This document shows positions 57,925 through 64,000 of a stretch of DNA of 64,000 bases, piece after piece. Every line of letters starts with the position of its first letter. The first letter of the stretch is position 1. Source of the stretch: Pseudobdellovibrionaceae bacterium (GTDB lineage: Bacteria > Bdellovibrionota > Bdellovibrionia > Bdellovibrionales > UBA1609); NCBI GenBank assembly GCA_020635055.1, contig JACKAN010000012.1:38672-102671 (forward strand). The letters are read 5' to 3'. A program made the translations under genes and the position numbers. The notes below the pieces were generated by a model, which was not told the DNA's origin, did no database searches, and was given only the letters and a program-made list of their open reading frames with translations.

Positions 57925-58245
57925 ATGGCTACAAATCCAGTAAAAGATGTTGAGTTTGATACAAAAGTTTTAAATTCTACAGGAGTTGTTCTTGTGGATT
58001 TTTGGGCAGAGTGGTGTGGTCCCTGTCGAGCTTTAGGTCCTAAGTTAGAAGAAATATCAGAAGAACTAGGTGGGAAAGCAACAATTTTTAAATTAAATAT
58101 TGATGAGAATCCTCAGTCTCCAGCTAAATATGGAGTTAGAGGAATTCCAACTATGATTGTATTTAAAAATGGAGAAGAAGTAGAACAAATTGTTGGGAAT
58201 CAACCCAAAGAAAATATCCTTGCTGCCTTACAGAAACATTTATAA
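57925..58245 (+). CDS. trxA: Thioredoxin
   Basis: The WCGPC active site lies in a 106-aa protein with a GIPT motif. Confidence 0.95.
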   Translation: MATNPVKDVEFDTKVLNSTGVVLVDFWAEWCGPCRALGPKLEEISEELGGKATIFKLNIDENPQSPAKYGVRGIPTMIVFKNGEEVEQIVGNQPKENILAALQKHL

Positions 58246-59367
58246 TCAAAATAAATATCGTCGATAAGCAACTGCAGATATAAGTCCCAAGCCAAGCATG
58301 GTGGTTAACATACTGGAACCACCATAGGATAATAAGGGTAGTGGAACGCCAACAATGGGTAGCAGACCAATTACCATCCCAATGTTTATAAACATATGCC
58401 AGAAGATGGCTGAAGTAATTCCTACAACCATGAGGGTTCCAAATTTATCTTTTGCACTGGAAGCAATATTTATAGACATAATAAATAAAATTAAGAATAA
58501 AGAAAGGGTAGTTACACTGCCAATAAAACCATGCTCCTCACTCAAAACCGAAAAAATAAAGTCAGAATGTCTTTCTGGTATAAATTCCAATTGTGATTGA
58601 GTGCCCTTGCGAAAGCCTTTACCTAATATTCTTCCACTGCCCACAGCTATTTTAGATTGGATACTGTTATACCCAGTTCCTCTTGGGTCCCGGCCTGGTG
58701 ATAAAAAAGTGAGAACACGATTTCTTTGATACTCTTTTAAGCCGAAATTCCAGGCAATAGGTGTTGCAAAAAGTGTAAGAATTGTAACCAGTATAAGAAT
58801 AGATTTTTTAATTCTTACAAATAGAATCATTGAGCTGGATATAAAAGTCATTAAGAGCGCGGTACCTAAATCGGGCTGTTTAACAGTTAAAATAAATGGA
58901 ACCCCAGTGATTAGGGCTGGAAAAACTAAATCTTTGTATCCGAGACCTCTGCCTGCTGATTTCTCACTTAAATGTTTTGCCATCATAAGTATTACGGCAA
59001 GTTTAACTGTCTCTGAGGGTTGTAAACGAAAAAAACCTAAGTCTAACCACCTTTGAGATCCATATACTGATGTACCAAATGCCATTACAGCAATGAGCAA
59101 AAAGATATTAACAAAATAAAAGAAAATGGAAAATCGTTTCCAAAACTCATAATCAACTAGCGTAATTAAAAAAAATAAAAACCAGCCACCAAATAACCAA
59201 ACCAATTGTTGGAAGAATAATCTTTCATTATATGTTACATTCAAGCTGTGTGTAGCGCTATATAGATTTATAAGTCCTATTACATTGAGAGCTAAAATGA
59301 CAAATACAAAATTGAGGTCTAAACGCTGAAAAAAGCTTCTTTCTTTTACTTTTAGATTTGTACTCAT
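58246..59367 (-). CDS. rodA: Peptidoglycan glycosyltransferase RodA (SEDS family)
   Basis: It matches the FtsW/RodA/SpoVE pattern (QPSE, PDLGTAL, SDFIFSV..EE.GF, GLLP..G.PLP..SYGGSS) and lies downstream of mrdA. Confidence 0.92.
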   Translation of the reverse strand: MSTNLKVKERSFFQRLDLNFVFVILALNVIGLINLYSATHSLNVTYNERLFFQQLVWLFGGWFLFFLITLVDYEFWKRFSIFFYFVNIFLLIAVMAFGTSVYGSQRWLDLGFFRLQPSETVKLAVILMMAKHLSEKSAGRGLGYKDLVFPALITGVPFILTVKQPDLGTALLMTFISSSMILFVRIKKSILILVTILTLFATPIAWNFGLKEYQRNRVLTFLSPGRDPRGTGYNSIQSKIAVGSGRILGKGFRKGTQSQLEFIPERHSDFIFSVLSEEHGFIGSVTTLSLFLILFIMSINIASSAKDKFGTLMVVGITSAIFWHMFINIGMVIGLLPIVGVPLPLLSYGGSSMLTTMLGLGLISAVAYRRYLF

Positions 59368-61304
59368 GTTTTTTTCTTCTTTTCTTTAAGTTTTTCGGGA
59401 TGGTATTTTTCAAAATAGGCTTTTATTACATCTTTAACAATAGGAGCTCCTCCAGAAGAGCCAGCACAGGCATGCTCGGCGAGAACGGCAACTGTAATTT
59501 CTGGATAATCAGCGGGAGCAAATCCTACAAACCAACCATGATGTCTTTCTTCTATGGGTCTTTCATGACATTTATCATAAATCTGTTCTGCGGAAAAACT
59601 TCGGACTTGTGCTGTTCCTGTTTTTCCAGCAATTTCTACTCCTGGAATTTGATACCATCGAGCCGTTCCGCGTTCACCATTCACTACTAGTCGCATTCCT
59701 TCTTTAACAACCTTAAAATTCTTTTTATCAATAAAAAAACCATTCTCGTCTGGGAGGGATATGTCCCTTACTAGATGTGGTGAGTACTCACTGATCATGT
59801 TTTCCTTGTGATCCATTATTTTTTTCACTATAAAAGGTTTAAATAATTTGCCATCTGTGCCAATAGCATTAAAGGCTAGTGCCATTTGTAAGGGCGTGGT
59901 TAGCACAAAGCCTTGTCCAATGGCATTACTTAGATTTTCACCCGGTTGCCATTCTTCACCATATTGCCTTTTTTTCCATTCAGAATTGGGCATTAAACCT
60001 GGGACTTCATTAAATAAATTTATTTCTGTTTTGTTACCAATACCAAAAGCACTTGCGTATTGAAACATTTTATCTATGCCTAAACTAATTCCCATTTTAT
60101 AGAAAAACACATTGCTCGAACGTTCTATGGCTTGAATCACATTGATGTTACCATGACCCTGTTTTGAATGATCATGGTATAATCTTCTTCCGAATTTAAT
60201 AAAGCCAGGGGCAAATACGATCGTACTTGGAGTGATCACTTTCTCTTGTAAAGCAGCGAGAGCAATGAGGGGCTTAAATGTAGAACCAGGGGCATAGTGA
60301 TCTTGAATGATTTTGTTTCGCAGAGGTTTAAAGGGATCGTTAATTAATTTCTCCCAAATTTCATTTGATATGCCTTTAGAAAATTCATTGGGATCAAAAG
60401 AAGGGGAGTTGACCCAAGCTAAAATTTCACCATTATTTTTAATGGCTACTAAGCTGCCAATCCTTGGACCAATTTTATCATCTCTTTGCATAGCCTGATA
60501 AGCAGCAATCTGAATATCTTTATCAATTGTTAAAACTAAATTATTTCCCGGTTTTGCTTTGTAGGCCTTTAATCCCAGGAAAGAGGGTGTGTCTGTTGTT
60601 GCTTCTCGCCCTCGTGCATCTACTTCTACAAAAGTGATTCCCGGTTCACCATGCACCTTTCTTTCCCAGACCTCTTCGAGTCCGCTTTTACCAATTATGT
60701 CTCCCTGCTCAAATTGAGTGTCAGAAAATTTAGTATTTAATAATTGTATTTGGTTCTTAGAGATTTCTCCTACATAACCAAAAAGCTGAGCCCCATTCTC
60801 TTTTAAAGGGTAGTTCCTTAAAATGTTTTGCTGAATATTTAATCCGGGATGATTCATTCGAATCAGTTTTAATTTAAATACTTCAGTTAAATCTAAATTT
60901 TCTTTTATAGGTACTGGACGAAACGGACCATTTTTATACTTACTCACTTTTACAGATTTTATTATAGAATCTGCTGGAATATTTAGAACTTCACTAACTG
61001 CCTTGGCAGTCTCTTCCAATTTGGTCGAGTATTGAGGGGATATTGTAACAGAAAAGCCGGGCAGGTTTTGGACCAATATTTCGCCATTTCTGTCGAGAAA
61101 AAAACCTCTTGGAGCATCAATTTTTGTTTCTTTTACGCGATTTTTTTCTGAGTAATCTCTTAATTCGTGTCCCTGGATGATTTGCAGATACCAAAGGCGT
61201 GTTAATATAGTGAAGGAAGCTAGCATCACACAAAAATACAAAAATTTAAAACGCCCCCGATATTCTTTGGCCTCACTGTCAGTATTAGATATATATTTAC
61301 TCAT
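59364..61304 (-). CDS. mrdA: Penicillin-binding protein 2 (elongasome transpeptidase)
   Basis: It has the SxxK motif (GSTFKP), SSN and KTGTA, plus an N-terminal anchor. It sits in mreCD-mrdA-rodA order. Confidence 0.93.
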   Translation of the reverse strand: MSKYISNTDSEAKEYRGRFKFLYFCVMLASFTILTRLWYLQIIQGHELRDYSEKNRVKETKIDAPRGFFLDRNGEILVQNLPGFSVTISPQYSTKLEETAKAVSEVLNIPADSIIKSVKVSKYKNGPFRPVPIKENLDLTEVFKLKLIRMNHPGLNIQQNILRNYPLKENGAQLFGYVGEISKNQIQLLNTKFSDTQFEQGDIIGKSGLEEVWERKVHGEPGITFVEVDARGREATTDTPSFLGLKAYKAKPGNNLVLTIDKDIQIAAYQAMQRDDKIGPRIGSLVAIKNNGEILAWVNSPSFDPNEFSKGISNEIWEKLINDPFKPLRNKIIQDHYAPGSTFKPLIALAALQEKVITPSTIVFAPGFIKFGRRLYHDHSKQGHGNINVIQAIERSSNVFFYKMGISLGIDKMFQYASAFGIGNKTEINLFNEVPGLMPNSEWKKRQYGEEWQPGENLSNAIGQGFVLTTPLQMALAFNAIGTDGKLFKPFIVKKIMDHKENMISEYSPHLVRDISLPDENGFFIDKKNFKVVKEGMRLVVNGERGTARWYQIPGVEIAGKTGTAQVRSFSAEQIYDKCHERPIEERHHGWFVGFAPADYPEITVAVLAEHACAGSSGGAPIVKDVIKAYFEKYHPEKLKEKKKKT

Positions 61305-61839
61305 AATTGCTGGTTCCCGCCTCTGTAGGTAATTCTTTATGAGTTAGAGTATCTATTTTGGAAAAAACATAATAGAGGGGAAGGGAAACTAAGGCTGTAA
61401 ATAGACCAGACAACATACCATCAAGAATTTCAGGATCACTGATGGGTTTTGATTCTAGCATCCACGACAATAAGAAGTGGAAGATGGGGAAGGCGAGAGA
61501 AATAACTCCTGAGATTAGCATTAGATAGGTAGGCCCATTCCAATATATTCTTTGTTTTATTAATAGGGCTAAGGCAAAACAAAGAAGATTCAAAAATAAA
61601 AAAAGGCTCAAGGGTATTGAGGAAAGTGCAATAGTGGATATCACCAAAATATAACACATGAAAAGGCCCTCATGGACTCTACGAAATATAGACCAATATG
61701 CCAAAGTGGGGATCCACATGTAGGGAGATGGGATGTAACCAAAAAACTGCAACCAAAGTGAGCATTGTAAACTTGTTAGGGCAATCGTTAAAACAAGAAA
61801 ACCAAAATAATTGGAAAGAATTAAATAACGTGAGGTCAT
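61297..61839 (-). CDS. mreD: Rod shape-determining protein MreD
   Basis: This small polytopic membrane protein lies between mreC and mrdA and overlaps both neighbours. Confidence 0.8.
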   Translation of the reverse strand: MTSRYLILSNYFGFLVLTIALTSLQCSLWLQFFGYIPSPYMWIPTLAYWSIFRRVHEGLFMCYILVISTIALSSIPLSLFLFLNLLCFALALLIKQRIYWNGPTYLMLISGVISLAFPIFHFLLSWMLESKPISDPEILDGMLSGLFTALVSLPLYYVFSKIDTLTHKELPTEAGTSNYE

Positions 61840-62720
61840 AAATCCTTGTTTTCCGCTTTTTCTTTTTGCCCATTGTTCTCTAATTCTTCAGGTAGAAAAT
61901 TTTCTTTATTGGAGTTTAAAACAACAAAGACCTCTTCCAAAGTAAAAGGATTCACAGAGGGTGTAACTGTGACTTCTTGGCTGATATCATATCGACTTTT
62001 TTCTACCTTAGTGACATTGCCTATAGTAAAGCCTTTAGGAAATATATTATTAAGGCCACTAGTAACGATGCGATCACCTTCTTTAACATCATCATCTTGC
62101 TGTAAATAATTTAATCGACAGGCATCTTTATTTAACCCTTCAATAATTCCTCTTGCGCGGGATCTTTGTACAATTGCATCTATGGAAGCGTAGCGGTCGG
62201 TGAGCAATAGTATTTGAGAAGTATAGGCTTGGGGTTGTACAATGTATCCAACAACACCACCAATTGTAATAACAGCCATAAACTCTTTAACACCATGAGA
62301 GGTGCCACGATTAATAGTTAATGTGTTGTGATCTATAAGTAAGTCCTTACCAATGACTTTTGCCGTTAAAAGGTTCATTTTTGTGTTTTCCTTGAAATTA
62401 AGAAGCTGATTGAGCCTTTGGTTTTCAAGTTTAAGTTCGGTAAGAGTACCTAATTGAGCACTTAGCTCTGAGTTTTCAATTTGCAATTGTCGGTTATTCT
62501 TTTTGATGTCAACAAGGTTTAAATAAAGAGCAGTTGTACCTCTGACACCTGAGCTGAAACCCGAATAAATGTTTTCTATAAAACCGCTTACAAAAATAAA
62601 GGGTTTAACAAACCAAGGTCTCTGAGCTGGATTATGCTCCATGTTAATAACTACTAAAGGTATAAAAACTAAACTTAGAATAATTAGCAGTTTTTTAAGA
62701 TCAAATGTAAAGTAGTTCAA
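61836..62720 (-). CDS. mreC: Rod shape-determining protein MreC
   Basis: It has an N-terminal anchor, a coiled coil (NRQLQIENSELSAQL...ENQRLNQLL) and beta-barrel domains (VITIGGVVGYI, VTSGLNNIFPKGFTIG). The start is TTG. Confidence 0.88.
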   Translation of the reverse strand: MNYFTFDLKKLLIILSLVFIPLVVINMEHNPAQRPWFVKPFIFVSGFIENIYSGFSSGVRGTTALYLNLVDIKKNNRQLQIENSELSAQLGTLTELKLENQRLNQLLNFKENTKMNLLTAKVIGKDLLIDHNTLTINRGTSHGVKEFMAVITIGGVVGYIVQPQAYTSQILLLTDRYASIDAIVQRSRARGIIEGLNKDACRLNYLQQDDDVKEGDRIVTSGLNNIFPKGFTIGNVTKVEKSRYDISQEVTVTPSVNPFTLEEVFVVLNSNKENFLPEELENNGQKEKAENKDL

Positions 62721-62813
62721 CGCATCCTCGCCGTATAAATAATATTAAAATTAACAGATCTCCTTGAAAAATTTAAGAAAAATAGCGATTGTATGGAGTT
62801 TAAGGAGAAAAAT

Positions 62814-64000
62814 ATGTTTGAAAAACTGCGCAAACCTGGGAGAGCTAAAAATATTTTAGCCTATGTTATTTTTGGGAGTATCTGTTTAGTGTTTGTTTTT
62901 CTTAGCAATGTACCTGGTGGTGGGGGACTTACGCCCGGTGGGCCTGTTGCTATTGTTAATAAAGAGCCAATTTTATTTTCTGATTATAGAGAGATTTACA
63001 GTCGACTTCAAGAGCAATACCGTGCGGGACTCGACACACTTCCCGCTGCGCAGCGCCAAATGTATATGGACAATTTGCGAAATGAAGCTCTTGAACAGTT
63101 AATAAACTCTCTAGTGATCTCACAAGCAGCACATGGTTTGGGCATGTACACTTCTGACGATGAAGTGAGAGACTTTATAATGGATGTACCAGCCTTTAAA
63201 GAAGAGGAGAGATTTCGCCGAGAAAGGTACGATAACTATTTAAAATATAGGAACATCACTGCCGAGAAATTTGAAAAAGAAATTCGCAAAGATCTGGCTA
63301 ACAAGCAAATTATTAAGCAATTTGAAATGTCATTGACGCCAAGTAAAATGGCCGTGGATTTTAATAAAAAGTTAGAGCAATATAAATTGAATGTCGCCTT
63401 CGTTAGATTTTCTGATAATCAAATAAGGAATAGTCTAAAAGTGAATGATAAAGAACTTTTGGATTTTAGCTCTAATCCCCAAAATGATCAGGAACTAAAA
63501 GACTATTATACTACAAATAAAAATAAGTACGAGGAGCAGGAACAAGTTAAAGCCAGACATATATTAGTTAAATTTGACGAATCTAAGCCTGAAGATATTG
63601 AAAACGCCCTTAAAAAGATAAATGAAATTAAAAAGAGATCGGAAACTGAAGATTTTGCTAAATTAGCAGAAGAATTGAGCGACGACCCTGGGAGTAAAAG
63701 TAAAGGGGGAGATCTGGGTTACTTTACTCGTGGCAGAATGGTTCCCGAGTTTGAAGATGTTGCCTTTACTCAGAAACTAAATATTGTTAGCGAACCTGTG
63801 AAATCTCAGTTTGGTTATCACTTAATTAAAGTGGAAGAAAAGAAAGAGGCTACATCAAAGACATTTGAGGATGTAAAAAAAGAAGTCGCAAAAGAGTTAA
63901 TTTTAGATAAAAAGCTTAAAGATCATAAAGTTGAAGTTTTAAATTGGCTAAAAGAGGGCAATGAAAAAGCTATTTCTTTATGGTTAAAACAAAATAATCT
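62814..64000 (+). CDS. ppiD: Periplasmic chaperone / peptidyl-prolyl isomerase PpiD-like (3' end outside the window)
   Basis: The RBS AAGGAG (62802-62807) precedes ATG 62814, and the frame stays open to the window end. It has an N-terminal anchor and a parvulin domain (VKARHILV...GGDLGYFTRGRMVPEFEDVAF...SQFGYHLIKV). It is absent from the ORF track because no stop lies in the window. Confidence 0.8.
   Translation, partial: MFEKLRKPGRAKNILAYVIFGSICLVFVFLSNVPGGGGLTPGGPVAIVNKEPILFSDYREIYSRLQEQYRAGLDTLPAAQRQMYMDNLRNEALEQLINSLVISQAAHGLGMYTSDDEVRDFIMDVPAFKEEERFRRERYDNYLKYRNITAEKFEKEIRKDLANKQIIKQFEMSLTPSKMAVDFNKKLEQYKLNVAFVRFSDNQIRNSLKVNDKELLDFSSNPQNDQELKDYYTTNKNKYEEQEQVKARHILVKFDESKPEDIENALKKINEIKKRSETEDFAKLAEELSDDPGSKSKGGDLGYFTRGRMVPEFEDVAFTQKLNIVSEPVKSQFGYHLIKVEEKKEATSKTFEDVKKEVAKELILDKKLKDHKVEVLNWLKEGNEKAISLWLKQNN

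Overview
This is an AT-rich Gram-negative chromosomal window. Gene content (FQNC-type lipoboxes, a DUF1554 domain, a phage-tail-fibre-like NLGL motif) hints at a Bdellovibrionota/Oligoflexia-type organism, but the lineage cannot be verified from the sequence alone. Housekeeping blocks are: purL'-purF; ldcA, a serine hydrolase, an M48 protease and three tandem AIM24-family genes; rimK plus a desuccinylase-family gene; a TPR gene, efp, a hypothetical gene, tamB and an Omp85 gene; ruvCAB; lpxC; ald; dprA; kdsA plus an lptF/G-type permease; trxA; mreC-mreD-mrdA-rodA; and ppiD'. Three accessory or decayed patches interrupt these blocks. (1) 3.35-9.3 kb holds an IS630/Tc1-like relic family whose terminal repeat begins exactly in the TAG stop codon of three unrelated genes. 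One relic carries an intact IS256-family element with a perfect 9-bp target duplication, and two relics bracket a Cys-rich repeat protein gene. (2) 16.4-18.1 kb holds a multiply frameshifted tail-fibre-like/DUF1554 gene. (3) 25.0-28.1 kb holds an HNH-endonuclease-family pseudogene, a second IS630-like relic with TA-flanked inverted repeats, a (CTAA)n tract and a (GATACTTA)6 tract, all next to a Cys-rich orphan gene of about 617 aa. A perfectly conserved 59-bp palindromic hairpin occurs three times at gene 3' ends. I found no rRNA, tRNA or CRISPR array. No recognisable defence or secretion system is present. The most unusual signals are the stop-codon-associated mobile element ends, the palindromic element, an apparently exported GGDEL cyclase-like protein and the M48 plus triple-AIM24 operon.
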